IMG/VR virus record: IMGVR_UViG_3300049140_000187
Span: 1 to 38,326 of that record
Strand: one strand, 5' to 3'
From: a virus
Taxonomy: Duplodnaviria; Caudoviricetes
DNA: 38,326 bases
Position numbers and translations under genes: made by a program. Below are positions 7,911-17,118 of the stretch, one piece after another (position 1 is the first letter of the stretch; each line of letters begins with the position of its first letter). Under the pieces are notes generated by a model. The model searched no databases, was not told the DNA's origin, and saw nothing but the letters and a program-made list of their open reading frames with translations.

Positions 7911-8384
7911 TTAGGCTGCCAGGATCGCGTCGGCTCGCTCGCGGGTGACCAGACCGGCCGCCACGATTGCGTTCATGCCGGCGTGCAGGTCAGGGTGGTC
8001 TATCTCCACCACCGTTGACGCGCCGAGGTCGTCAAGGAAGACCTGCAGCGATGGATCGCCCGCCCCGAGCGCCTTGGATGCGGCAACCGTCAGCGCGCCG
8101 CGCTCCTCCGTGGTAAACCGGAGGCGGAACTCGCGCGGGGTGCAGGTGCGGGGCGGGGCGGGCGGCGGCACGGGCGGCGGTGCGTCGACAAGCTCGCCGT
8201 CTCGCCAGATCTTGTTTTGGCCGGCCTCAACCCACGCCAGCCATACCTCGTCCGAAATCGGGAAGGCTTGAGGTGGAATTACTGAGTGGATGCCGGTGGC
8301 GTAAAAGCCTGTCGCGCGCCCGGCATCGTCGATCGTCGCGAACTTCTGGCCGAAAGAGGAAGCTAAATCAGCGAGCATCAGCAT
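7911..8384 (-). CDS. Putative tail fibre assembly-like protein
   Basis: Follows the fibre gene; GFY..IH..IP..A.PIS.E.W motif and RFT.EE...GL.T.ERA.AIL C-terminus seen in fibre chaperones; start may be 8378. Confidence 0.55.
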   Translation of the reverse strand: MLMLADLASSFGQKFATIDDAGRATGFYATGIHSVIPPQAFPISDEVWLAWVEAGQNKIWRDGELVDAPPPVPPPAPPRTCTPREFRLRFTTEERGALTVAASKALGAGDPSLQVFLDDLGASTVVEIDHPDLHAGMNAIVAAGLVTRERADAILAA

Positions 8385-8387
8385 CTC

Positions 8388-8978
8388 CTAATAGCCAATC
8401 GCAAACCAATAGAGAGCGGATGCGCCCGGAATGTAGGCAGAGCCATTCCATGTGTTGGTCCGGATGACGCATGACGAGGCGTTCTTGAACGACACGCCGA
8501 AGATTGCACCGCCGTTGTTGCCCCACCCTGAAGCGGCAGCCTCGGTCGCGAGGACCGCTGCACAACTCGTTGGGAAGGCGATGGGGAAGGTTATTGTCGC
8601 ATTTCCATTCGCCAGCGAGTTGGTGCCGCCCCACTGGAATATGACTTGCTGTGTGGTGCCCCCAATAAATACGGGGATCTGCACGTACCCAGCATTAGCG
8701 AGAAGGCCGGTGCCGCCGAATAGGGCTCGAAGGGCCGCCAGAGTGGTCGCGTTGTTGCCTGACGCGGGCGTCTGCCCGCCTGCGGCGATGACTTCCACCA
8801 ACTGCCGGTAAAGCCAGTTGTCCTTGTCATCGAGCCACTGGAAGAGGGCGTTGAACTCCTCCACCGTGGGCGGATTGGCGCCCAGATGAGCGAAGCCAGC
8901 ATCGGCCTGGCCGGCGGATGGCTCGGTGACAACGCCAGTCGATGCCCACCGCTTGGTGAAGCGATCAAAGAAGGCCAT
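8388..8978 (-). CDS. Short tail fibre protein (gp53-like C-terminal domain)
   Basis: PP.VEEFN.L baseplate-anchoring N-terminus; GY..IP...IFQWG, TFPIAFP and YWFAIGY C-terminal motifs. Confidence 0.75.
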   Translation of the reverse strand: MAFFDRFTKRWASTGVVTEPSAGQADAGFAHLGANPPTVEEFNALFQWLDDKDNWLYRQLVEVIAAGGQTPASGNNATTLAALRALFGGTGLLANAGYVQIPVFIGGTTQQVIFQWGGTNSLANGNATITFPIAFPTSCAAVLATEAAASGWGNNGGAIFGVSFKNASSCVIRTNTWNGSAYIPGASALYWFAIGY

Positions 8979-8986
8979 GACGGCTC

Positions 8987-9664
8987 CTAGAGCGGGTTGA
9001 GATTGCTGGAGGAGGCGCGAGCCATCGCGCCTTGATTGAAGCCGGTGGCACCGGGCTGGCCCTCGAAGCCGAAGAAGGCCGGGGTGTAGTAGTGATAATT
9101 GATGCGGACGCCCGCAGCGCGCGGCAGCAGAGGATCGACCAGGGCTTCCGTGGTGTCGTCCGCAGATGGAATGCGGCCAATCCAGGCTTCGATGACGCCG
9201 GGTTCACCGTCACGGACCGACACCAGGTCCACGTCGAACGCGCGCCGCAGTGCCGCCGCGATCTCGGACGCTGTGCCGTGCCCGTTGTTCAGGGCGATCT
9301 TGGCCCGGATCATGGTCCGGTACTCTTCGTCTGCCGCGGTGTAGCTGGTGGCGATCGGCTCGCCGTCGTGCCGCATGCGCGCCACGCCGAATGCGCGGCC
9401 GGCCGGCTGCGACTGGAAGCCGAAGAAGGCGATATAGACGCCGTTCGGGATGTCGCGGGTGATGCCGACGATGGACCCGATCAGGTCGAGGTGCGGCCCG
9501 TAGGCGGTGTCGAGCCCCTTGTCGCCGACCAGCCCATCCAGCGCCGAGGCCGCACCCGTGAGGGGCGGATAGAAGGCCCGGAAGAAGCCCTCCGTCTTGG
9601 GCTTGTTGGCGTGCTGGCGGAGGACGTGGCTCCATGCCACCTCATCCTGCGGAAGCCGAGCCAT
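8987..9664 (-). CDS. Baseplate wedge protein (DUF2612-like)
   Basis: LDTAYG..LDLIG.IVGITR, DEEYR..IRAKI..NN, LPRAAGV motifs; follows baseplate J. Confidence 0.8.
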   Translation of the reverse strand: MARLPQDEVAWSHVLRQHANKPKTEGFFRAFYPPLTGAASALDGLVGDKGLDTAYGPHLDLIGSIVGITRDIPNGVYIAFFGFQSQPAGRAFGVARMRHDGEPIATSYTAADEEYRTMIRAKIALNNGHGTASEIAAALRRAFDVDLVSVRDGEPGVIEAWIGRIPSADDTTEALVDPLLPRAAGVRINYHYYTPAFFGFEGQPGATGFNQGAMARASSSNLNPL

Positions 9665-11118
9665 CAGGTTACCTGCGTCCGCGCGGCGGAGAAGGCGGCG
9701 CGCTCACGCGGGCCGATGGCGATGTCGGTCGATGCGTAGTCGCCCGGGTCCGGGGTGGTGTCGCTGACGACGGCGGTGAGCGTGACCCGCGCGACGCCAG
9801 AGGTGGCAGCAAAGACGGCCGCGGCGATGCGCTGCAGGAGCACGTCCTCGCCGACCCCAAGGCCATTCCCGGCGGCCACCATCGCCTGGCGGGCCCGTTC
9901 GGCCACGTCGCCCGGAACCGTCTCCTCGGTGGTCGTGGTGAGCACCGCCTTCAGCCAGACAAGCTGCGGCTCAGGCCGGGAGAACCCGATGGGGTGGGGG
10001 AAGCCTGTGTCGTCCACAGCGACCGCGCTGGTGTTGCCGTAGGCCGTGATCCCGGCGGCCTTCAAGGCGAAGATCCGGGCGGCGATGTCTCCGCTGTCCC
10101 CGCCCTCGATGACGACCTCGACCGAATGCGGCGGGCGGCCATCTGCGTCGGTCGCGTCGGTGGCGTTCTCATAGACCACCACGGACGAGAGGCCGGCGAT
10201 GTCCTGCTGCAGGTTCGCCTTGATGGACGGCAGCGTGGCGGCGCCGAGCCGGTAGACGCCCGTGGCGTAACGGGCCCGAAGCTCCTCGTCCGTTTCCAGG
10301 AGGGTGCCGAGGGACGCCGCCGTCGGCTGCCGAACCTCGTCCCACCCGGCCGAGGGGGTGACGATGGTGGTCAGCGAGCCTGCGGGAGCGGCAATCGGGC
10401 CAGGATCCTGCGCTTGGGCAACGCCGGGGCTTCCGAGCTCGCCGAGGGTAAGGGTGCCGGACCAGGTCGCCGCGAAGGAGGACAGGCTCGTGATGCGGAG
10501 CTGGTCCGAGGCGACCGAGACAGAGGCGCCGAGGGCCACCAGGGCGGCGGCCAGGCCATTCACCACATCCGTGGCGCTGTCCCCGGCCTCCGCGGTGTAG
10601 GTGGCGTCCAGGCCGTTATACGTGATGGTGTAGACGGTTCCGTCGATCACGGAGGCCGGGACAATCAGGAGCAGGTCCGCGGCATTGTCCCGGGTGATCG
10701 TCACGTCCGCCGGTAGCTCGAAACGGGCGAGGCTGGGCGCGCCGGGCTCCAGGTAGGTGCTCTCGACTACCGAGCCCACCTGAACCACGGCCCCCTGGTC
10801 CCCGTAGAACAGCAGGCGCGCGGCACTAAAGGAGGGCTGGATCCGGGTCACCCCGGCGTAGCTGACCGCGTAGTCGAGCGCGACGCCCTGGGCGGTTGCC
10901 GGGTAGGCCGACAGGTGGACCGCCTCCGCCAGTTCCCAGATAGCCGCCTCGCGCTCGGCGAAGATGGAGACGAACTGCCCTGTTAGGCTGTCGGGGGTCT
11001 CGTCGAAGCTCTGACCGATGCGGGCCTTCAGGTCGTCGAAGATTGCGCGCCGGATCTCCGGCAGGCGCATGCGGACGAAGCCACCGGCCCCGAGGCCATA
11101 GCTGAGCGTTTCGGACAC
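9664..11118 (-). CDS. Baseplate J/gp47-like protein
   Basis: ATAQG.ALD, ETDEELRAR, PPHSVEVVIEGG and KAAGI.AYG motifs; GTG start with GGAGG RBS. Confidence 0.9.
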   Translation of the reverse strand: MSETLSYGLGAGGFVRMRLPEIRRAIFDDLKARIGQSFDETPDSLTGQFVSIFAEREAAIWELAEAVHLSAYPATAQGVALDYAVSYAGVTRIQPSFSAARLLFYGDQGAVVQVGSVVESTYLEPGAPSLARFELPADVTITRDNAADLLLIVPASVIDGTVYTITYNGLDATYTAEAGDSATDVVNGLAAALVALGASVSVASDQLRITSLSSFAATWSGTLTLGELGSPGVAQAQDPGPIAAPAGSLTTIVTPSAGWDEVRQPTAASLGTLLETDEELRARYATGVYRLGAATLPSIKANLQQDIAGLSSVVVYENATDATDADGRPPHSVEVVIEGGDSGDIAARIFALKAAGITAYGNTSAVAVDDTGFPHPIGFSRPEPQLVWLKAVLTTTTEETVPGDVAERARQAMVAAGNGLGVGEDVLLQRIAAAVFAATSGVARVTLTAVVSDTTPDPGDYASTDIAIGPRERAAFSAARTQVT

Positions 11119-11170
11119 GGGGCCTCCGCGTGATATTGGGGTCAGTCAGACAGCAGCAGGGCGAGGTCAG

Positions 11171-11548
11171 ATGGCCGGCAGTAGGCGAGTGGCACTCAGA
11201 ACAACTGGGCGAACCTTGACGTTAGTGGCCGTGCTGGCCGTGGCGCTTGGCGGGGCCCTGGTGCTGGTGCCCGTCGCGACCGGAGGCACGGCCGACCCGT
11301 GCCGGGCGGCATCCATCGCCCACATCCACCGCGTCCCGCCCCCGCCTGGAATGTTCGTGTCTGCCGGGATGATGATGGAGGAGCGGCTCCGCGGCGCCGG
11401 GATGCCTGCCTGCTACGTCGCCAGTTTCCAGGAGTTCGCGTACCGGCTTCTCAGCCCAGAGCCACAGTCCCCGACGCCAGCCCCTCTGCCGACACCGCAG
11501 CAAAGTCCACCCGAGCCGTCCGGGCCTGGGCGTTCAGGCTCAGGCTGA
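11171..11548 (+). CDS. Antisense moron: small exported/membrane-anchored protein
   Basis: GAGG RBS; N-terminal hydrophobic segment and two Cys; fills a gap of about 330 bp between baseplate genes; 3' end overlaps the next gene. Confidence 0.55.
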   Translation: MAGSRRVALRTTGRTLTLVAVLAVALGGALVLVPVATGGTADPCRAASIAHIHRVPPPPGMFVSAGMMMEERLRGAGMPACYVASFQEFAYRLLSPEPQSPTPAPLPTPQQSPPEPSGPGRSGSG

Positions 11549-11822
11549 AGCTCTGGATGCTCTGCACCCCGGCGACGCTGAGGATCTGAGCCCGGAGCAC
11601 TGCCTCGACCATTTCCGGTCGGCGTCCCTTGCCAAGGATCTCGTCCACATATGGCACGCCGTGCGTGGCATCGAGGAACCACTCGCCGAGCCACGCCCGG
11701 AGCCGGATGCCGATGGCTTGGGCCACCCGCTCCGCGCCGTCGAGCGGCAGGAACGTGGCGCCCCGAGCCGAGGCCCCGAAGACCATGTCGCGGGTGATGG
11801 GGTCGAGTTTGAAGTCGATCAT
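11451..11822 (-). CDS. Baseplate wedge/sheath initiator (gp25/gp46-like)
   Basis: VAQAI..RL..WLGEWFLD..GVPY...ILGK motif; synteny. Confidence 0.8.
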   Translation of the reverse strand: MIDFKLDPITRDMVFGASARGATFLPLDGAERVAQAIGIRLRAWLGEWFLDATHGVPYVDEILGKGRRPEMVEAVLRAQILSVAGVQSIQSFSLSLNAQARTARVDFAAVSAEGLASGTVALG

Positions 11823-12421
11823 CCTGTGGGCACCGTCGTTGTCCCGCCACCCGTGCCGGTCTCACCGTGCCGGTGGGTACTGAGGCCGATCCCTGCACCG
11901 ACGATCGGGCCGCTCGAGGTGATAGTCCCGGTGACGACCACGTTGCCGGTCACCACCAGATTGCCGGTCAGCTCTACCACCCCGCCCTCCAGCAGACGCA
12001 TGGTGGTCGTCCCGTGACGGATAACCACCGCGTCGGGGTCAACGCCCGTTACGTCGCGTCCGCCACCCGGCCGAGCCACGCAGTCCGTCATATCGAACTG
12101 CCGGGGGTCGTCCGGGGCCGCGTCGTTGCCACCGAGCCACCCTTCGAGGCTCCGCTGGCTGAACTCCAGCCAGACCTGATCGCCGGGCCGAATTGGCTGG
12201 GTCTGCACCGAGCTGCCGGCCGTCGGAAAGAGGATCGGAACTTCCGCAATCGTCGGGGCCGGTAATTCGGTGCCGTCCGCCAGCATCTTGGGCAAGGTCG
12301 GCTGCACCACGGCCCGGTTGGTGGCCGGATTGTAGGAAACCACTCGCCCCGGCGCCGTGGTGTTCATCTCGCTCAGAACCGAGCGGATGGCACTCTCAAG
12401 GGCATCGACGTGATCGCTCAC
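11819..12421 (-). CDS. Baseplate central spike (gpV/gp138-like)
   Basis: PGRVVSY, VPI.FP, PI.PGD, R.FD.TD motifs; beta-helix repeats; terminal H-x-H (THRH) metal-binding tip. Confidence 0.85.
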   Translation of the reverse strand: MSDHVDALESAIRSVLSEMNTTAPGRVVSYNPATNRAVVQPTLPKMLADGTELPAPTIAEVPILFPTAGSSVQTQPIRPGDQVWLEFSQRSLEGWLGGNDAAPDDPRQFDMTDCVARPGGGRDVTGVDPDAVVIRHGTTTMRLLEGGVVELTGNLVVTGNVVVTGTITSSGPIVGAGIGLSTHRHGETGTGGGTTTVPTG

Positions 12422-13377
12422 CGCGTGCCTCCTGCGTTGCTCTGCCGGTTCTGGGTCTGAGAACGCGGGCGCTCGTTGCGCTTGTCGGCCTCAGCCTTGC
12501 TGGGGTCCACGAGGCGCAGTTCCGTGATCCAGTCGCCCTCATGGGTGTCCCCGATGTGGCGGAGATCCTTGATCGTCAGCACGCCGTCCACCCCACGGGC
12601 GGAAAGCTTCACACGGTCGCCAGGCAGGAGGGTCGGCAGGAGCAGCGACTTGACCCGCCAGCCATCGAAGCCGCTCTCGGCCTGGACACGGCGGGGCTTG
12701 CGCGTGGCCTCGTCCGTGACCTGCGCCGCCGCCTGTCGCCCTTGGCGCTGCCGCTCGGGGCTGCCAATGAGCCCACTATCGGCCGCCAGATCGAAGACGG
12801 TGCGGTTGGTGTTCCCGCCACGCCGGATCACCTGCAACGTCCCGCCCTGGATGGACCAGGATAGGCCAGCCGCCGCCGTCACCTTATCCAGGGCCGAGCG
12901 CGCGGAGCCGTGCAGGGAGAGCCCGCCCGACCATGGGCGGTTGGGGGCATCGTCCGGCAGGGAGAGCGTGAGCCCCATCTGCTTGGCGAGGTCCCGCAGT
13001 GCCTGATGAGCCGTGATCCCGGCCGGGTAGCCCTTGGTGATGACGCTATCCCGGTAGGTCGCGTTGCCCTCGCCGAGTTCCAGCGTCGTGATCACGTCCG
13101 GGCCATCGTAGGCGGTCCAGGCGAAGACCACGTCTCCCCTGCAGACCTCGAGCGGCCCCTCTTCCTCCCAGTAGCCGGCCTTGAGGACGCACCGGGTGTC
13201 CGGTTTCTCAAGGGCGGCCCGCCGGTCCGGGGCCAGGTTGTAAATCTCGATCTGGGAGCGGTTCGGCTTCTTGCGATCGTCCTTGCTGATCTCGAAGGTC
13301 AGCCGGAGGTTGTCGATCTCCACGCCGGTCCCGCCGCCAGGGCCGACAATCAGGGAATAGGCCCGGTCGAAGCGCAT
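12418..13377 (-). CDS. Baseplate hub protein
   Basis: IYNL, L.AGY, WSIQ.G.L, SGLIGSP and H.GDT...DW motifs; synteny. Confidence 0.8.
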   Translation of the reverse strand: MRFDRAYSLIVGPGGGTGVEIDNLRLTFEISKDDRKKPNRSQIEIYNLAPDRRAALEKPDTRCVLKAGYWEEEGPLEVCRGDVVFAWTAYDGPDVITTLELGEGNATYRDSVITKGYPAGITAHQALRDLAKQMGLTLSLPDDAPNRPWSGGLSLHGSARSALDKVTAAAGLSWSIQGGTLQVIRRGGNTNRTVFDLAADSGLIGSPERQRQGRQAAAQVTDEATRKPRRVQAESGFDGWRVKSLLLPTLLPGDRVKLSARGVDGVLTIKDLRHIGDTHEGDWITELRLVDPSKAEADKRNERPRSQTQNRQSNAGGTR

Positions 13378-13694
13378 CAGACGAGGTCAGCCGGCGAGAA
13401 ATACCAGAGCCCGGCCTTGCCGCTGCTGAAGCTGTCGCGGGCCAAGACCGTGCCGGGCGCGGCGTCCACCACGAACTCCCCAGGGGGGAGCGTGTCGCGC
13501 CGTACCTGCCGAAGCAGGGGCGCCATGGAGACAACCGCAATGCCGGACACCAGCAGGACGTGATCCAGGTTCCGCAGGCTCATGGTCCAGAGCCCGCCTT
13601 CCTGGTTCCAGGAGAGGCCGACGTGATAGGTGGCGCCGTCCAGGTCCGCCTCAATGATCTGGTCGTTCGCGTCGATGACGCCGAGGCGCATCAT
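13377..13694 (-). CDS. Small baseplate (plug-like) protein
   Basis: 105 aa between the Dit-like and hub genes; WN....W.M.L and GI.VV motifs. Confidence 0.65.
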   Translation of the reverse strand: MMRLGVIDANDQIIEADLDGATYHVGLSWNQEGGLWTMSLRNLDHVLLVSGIAVVSMAPLLRQVRRDTLPPGEFVVDAAPGTVLARDSFSSGKAGLWYFSPADLV

Positions 13695-14353
13695 TGGCCG
13701 AACACCCCTGGCAGCATCTCGCGGAGCTTGTCGCGCGTGGCAAAGGCCGGGGAGACTGCGCGGGGCGCTGCGGCCGTGGCGCCCGCGGTGCCCGTGCCTG
13801 TGCTGGCGGCGCTACTCCGCCCGGCCGGCGTGTTGGTGGCCCCAGCCCTACCCTTCGCCGCCCCTTGGGCAGGTTTCTCGGGCACCTCGGCCGTCTTGAG
13901 CTTGACCTTGCGGATCTTCGTCAGTTCCGCGCTGATTTCCAGCCAGTTGCCGCCCTTGTCGCCGTTGGAGCGTACTGCCTTGAGGCGCGTGAAGCCCATG
14001 TCCTCATAGAGCATCTGCCCCGTGCTGACGGTCACCAGGGCCCGCGCCTTGTGCATGGAGCGAAGGAGGTCGATGGCATCCACCAGCTTCGTGGCGCCGG
14101 GGCCGTCTTCGCCCCGCAGCAGCGAAACTGCCGAGGTCACGAAGGCGAAGGCCGTCACATCGGCTGTGCTCACCAGCCCGGAGATGCGGAGACGCTCCGG
14201 CCCCTGCGTGATGTGGTCGGAGATGATCGTGCCGTCCTCCACGGGATAGCGCGTCACCTCCGCCTCAAGCTCGATTTCCTCACTCACCAGCACGTCAAGA
14301 ATGAGCCCGCCGAGCTTTGAGCGCCGATCCTGAAACTGGAGGAAGCTGAACAC
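13691..14353 (-). CDS. Tail tube initiator/Dit-like baseplate protein
   Basis: VTRYPVEDG..ISDH...P..L.ISG motif; directly after the tape measure gene. Confidence 0.8.
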   Translation of the reverse strand: MFSFLQFQDRRSKLGGLILDVLVSEEIELEAEVTRYPVEDGTIISDHITQGPERLRISGLVSTADVTAFAFVTSAVSLLRGEDGPGATKLVDAIDLLRSMHKARALVTVSTGQMLYEDMGFTRLKAVRSNGDKGGNWLEISAELTKIRKVKLKTAEVPEKPAQGAAKGRAGATNTPAGRSSAASTGTGTAGATAAAPRAVSPAFATRDKLREMLPGVFGQ

Positions 14354-16047
14354 TAGAAGCCGCCTCCCGTCGTGGATGCACCCTCGGTCCGGGGGATCGC
14401 CATCAGAAGATCTCGGGCGGCCTGGCCGGCCCCGAGCCGAATATCATCGGTCCCGCGGGATACGCCCCGCTCGGCCGCCCCTGCGATCTCCGCGCCCGAG
14501 GTCCCGGTCGCCGTCACTGTCGTGTTGTTGTTGAAGGTGTTGTTCTGGTTCAGCGTAACCGGCCCAGAGGCAGGAAGCCCTCGGCTCAGCATGGCGTCGC
14601 TCATGCTTTCACCTGGCCGCACCGGGCGAAAGGTTCCATCAGCCTGTTCGATCTGCCGGCGGAAGCCGAGAGCGCCCAGGCGGTCTGAGAACCAGTTGCG
14701 AATGGCGTCGCCCATGGGGACTTGGCCATATCGCTCCTGCTGATAGTCGCGCCACCCGTCCCCGCCACTGCGGCCGTCCTGCTGCGGAGGCTGCGCCTCG
14801 CCGCGCTGGTCGCCGATGCCGAGCCACTGGCGGAAGGCCGGCGGGAAGTTGGCGAAGGCCTCCCCCGCCCAATTGCGGAAATACTCCTTGAGCTGATCCC
14901 AGGCTGCCCGGATCTCGTCCGGCGTGCCGGTGAAAAGCTTCTTGACTGCCTCAAGTTGGGGCTGGATCGGGGCCAGCAGGTCGTCGACCGAGCCGAACCA
15001 CTCCCCGAACAGGGTCTTGGTGTCGCTGCCCGAAAGCCAGATGAAGAAGTCCTGCAGCAGTAGGCCCACGGCCAGCACCGCCATGAACTTCGCGGCCAGC
15101 AAGGCCACACGGGCCAGGACCGCCGTCAGGGCGCCGTTCAGTGCCCATGCCCCGACAGTGACGAAGCCGAGGCCGGTCACGACCGCGCCCAGGATCCGCT
15201 CCAGCCCGCCGAACTCGTTCACGAAGTCCCGGATCACCGGGATATACCGGCGCCATTCGTCGAACTTGCGGCCAGCCCGCTCGATCAGGTCCGCGAGCTT
15301 GGCGGTGATGCCGAACCCGCGCTCGAACTCGGCCAGGAAGCGATCGAAGGCAACGCGCGACCTTGCGGTCGCAAGCCCCACCGTGACCTGCAGGCGCCCG
15401 AACTCGTCACGCCCGGCCTTGGCTGCGGCCATGAGAGCCGGGAGGACGGTCTTGGTGGTGAGCTTCCCCTCGGAGCCCATCTCCTTGAGCTTGTCGACGG
15501 TCGTTCCAAGGGCCTCCGCGAACCGGCTCACCAAGGCCGGCGGGGCGCCCTCCAGGAAGGCCTTGAGCTCGTCGCCGGCGAAGGAGCCGGAATTCACCGC
15601 CTGGCCGAGCTGCAGAAAGATCGAGGACGTCTCGGCCGCCGACGATCCCGCAGCAAGAAGCCCCTTCTGGATGCCGTCGATCAGCCCGATCGTGTCGTCC
15701 ATGGAGTAGCCGGCACGGGTCATGGCCGGGCTGAACCGCATGAACGCTTTGGAGGTCTCGCCAACCGCGACGCCGGTCTCCCGGGCGCTTGAATAGAGCT
15801 TCTCGAAGGCTTCCGATGCCTGCGCGGGCCCTGAAGTGGAGGCCCCAAGCCGGTTCATCGTGTTGGTGTAGGCGTCGCCGGCCTCGATGATCTTGTCGAT
15901 GCCGAAGGCGGCAGCGAAGGATGCGGCAATGGCGCCGGCCGCACGAGCCGCAGTCGCGCTAATCTGATTGAGACGCTGCTCGTAGCGGTCGGCCTGCCGG
16001 CCATCGACGCGGAAGTTGAGGAGCGTGGCAAGCTCGCGAACGATCAA
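14353..16047 (-). CDS. Tape measure protein (564 aa)
   Basis: MIVREL start (TTG); QLGQA..SG...GDELK tape-measure domain; Ala-rich helices and TM segments. Confidence 0.9.
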   Translation of the reverse strand: MIVRELATLLNFRVDGRQADRYEQRLNQISATAARAAGAIAASFAAAFGIDKIIEAGDAYTNTMNRLGASTSGPAQASEAFEKLYSSARETGVAVGETSKAFMRFSPAMTRAGYSMDDTIGLIDGIQKGLLAAGSSAAETSSIFLQLGQAVNSGSFAGDELKAFLEGAPPALVSRFAEALGTTVDKLKEMGSEGKLTTKTVLPALMAAAKAGRDEFGRLQVTVGLATARSRVAFDRFLAEFERGFGITAKLADLIERAGRKFDEWRRYIPVIRDFVNEFGGLERILGAVVTGLGFVTVGAWALNGALTAVLARVALLAAKFMAVLAVGLLLQDFFIWLSGSDTKTLFGEWFGSVDDLLAPIQPQLEAVKKLFTGTPDEIRAAWDQLKEYFRNWAGEAFANFPPAFRQWLGIGDQRGEAQPPQQDGRSGGDGWRDYQQERYGQVPMGDAIRNWFSDRLGALGFRRQIEQADGTFRPVRPGESMSDAMLSRGLPASGPVTLNQNNTFNNNTTVTATGTSGAEIAGAAERGVSRGTDDIRLGAGQAARDLLMAIPRTEGASTTGGGF

Positions 16048-16229
16048 GGCTTGCCCCCCTTCTTCGACGCGGCGTGCTGCTGGGCCATCTCATAGTCGAG
16101 CAGGGCGTTCAGCTTGAGAATATCAACCAGATCAGCCGCACCGGACTTGACTTCAGACAGAGTGACTTTCCCGGCGTAGATGGGCCGCCAGATGAAGTAT
16201 TCCGCCTTCAGTTCAGCGCTGAGTTTCCC
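16044..16229 (-). CDS. -1 frameshift extension of the tail chaperone (gpT-like part of gpGT)
   Basis: -1 frame from GGGAAAC (16223-16229) is open: KLSAELKAEYFIWRPIYAGKVTLSEVKSGAADLVDILKLNALLDYEMAQQHAASKKGGKP*; its stop overlaps the tape measure TTG. Confidence 0.8.
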   Translation of the reverse strand, partial: GKLSAELKAEYFIWRPIYAGKVTLSEVKSGAADLVDILKLNALLDYEMAQQHAASKKGGKP

Positions 16230-16672
16230 GGCTGGCTTGCCGCCATCCGGGAGAGGGCCGACGAAATGAGGCCGCTCCAGCGCTCGCGAAAATCCTCGAA
16301 ATTGAACTTCACGCTCTCGAAGCAGAGGGAAATCAATTCGGAAGAACTGTCGATCGACTGAGCGAGCGCCACCTTGGTCAACTTCTGCGCCTCGCCCCCG
16401 TCGATGGAGACCGAGACCACCTCCGGGTCCAGCAGACGCTCGGCCCAGGAGCGGAGCTTCTTGCCGTCCATCTTGGAGGACAGTTCGGCCAGTCCGCCCA
16501 TGAGCGCCTGCGTACCGCCACCCGCCTCGCCCGGCTTGTTGCTGCCCAGCCCCGCCAGGAGCGGGCCCGCGAAGTCGCGCTGCAGGTCGCCGAGGATCTC
16601 GGTTGCCGTAAACGGGTCAAAGCGACGTATGAAAAAAACGTGGTTGCGGACTTTGACTTCGTGGCGGGTCAC
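16208..16672 (-). CDS. Tail assembly chaperone (gpG-like)
   Basis: Between tube and tape measure genes; ends ...CCG GGA AAC TCA GCG CTG AAC TGA, containing a GGGAAAC slippery heptamer. Confidence 0.8.
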   Translation of the reverse strand: MTRHEVKVRNHVFFIRRFDPFTATEILGDLQRDFAGPLLAGLGSNKPGEAGGGTQALMGGLAELSSKMDGKKLRSWAERLLDPEVVSVSIDGGEAQKLTKVALAQSIDSSSELISLCFESVKFNFEDFRERWSGLISSALSRMAASQPGNSALN

Positions 16673-17106
16673 AGATTACCCCCGATCGCGAAGGTCTCAG
16701 GCTCACCGGTGGCCAGGGTCCATTCGCGGGTGCCGGCCTCCCCACCAAAGGAGACCGTCGGCGTCGCGGTGATCCAGCCCTGCGAGGCAGCGAACATCGT
16801 GCGGCCGGACAGGTCGGACACCATCACGGGGATAACGCCCCCGCCGCCGGTCACCTTGTCCATCAACATGAAGCCCGAGAGCACGTCGTTGCTCGGGCTC
16901 GTCGCCTGCAGGGTGATGGTCACCGTGTGCATGCGGTTGCTGCTGATGGACCGGGCGATCTCGCCATCGGCGCCGACCGAGGCGGTCACCCGGTCGGCGG
17001 ACGGAGCGATCTCGACGAAGGTGTCCTCGGCAACGCCCGTGATCGGGATGCCGCCGACAATCACGAGCACCCGCTCGGACGAGTAGGTGTGGACGTTGGA
17101 TGCCAT
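16669..17106 (-). CDS. Tail tube protein (DUF3277-like)
   Basis: TY....V..IVGG..I.G, VGADGE, TITL.ATSPSN and REW motifs; follows the sheath gene. Confidence 0.85.
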   Translation of the reverse strand: MASNVHTYSSERVLVIVGGIPITGVAEDTFVEIAPSADRVTASVGADGEIARSISSNRMHTVTITLQATSPSNDVLSGFMLMDKVTGGGGVIPVMVSDLSGRTMFAASQGWITATPTVSFGGEAGTREWTLATGEPETFAIGGNL

Positions 17107-17118
17107 CTCTCAGGGCCC

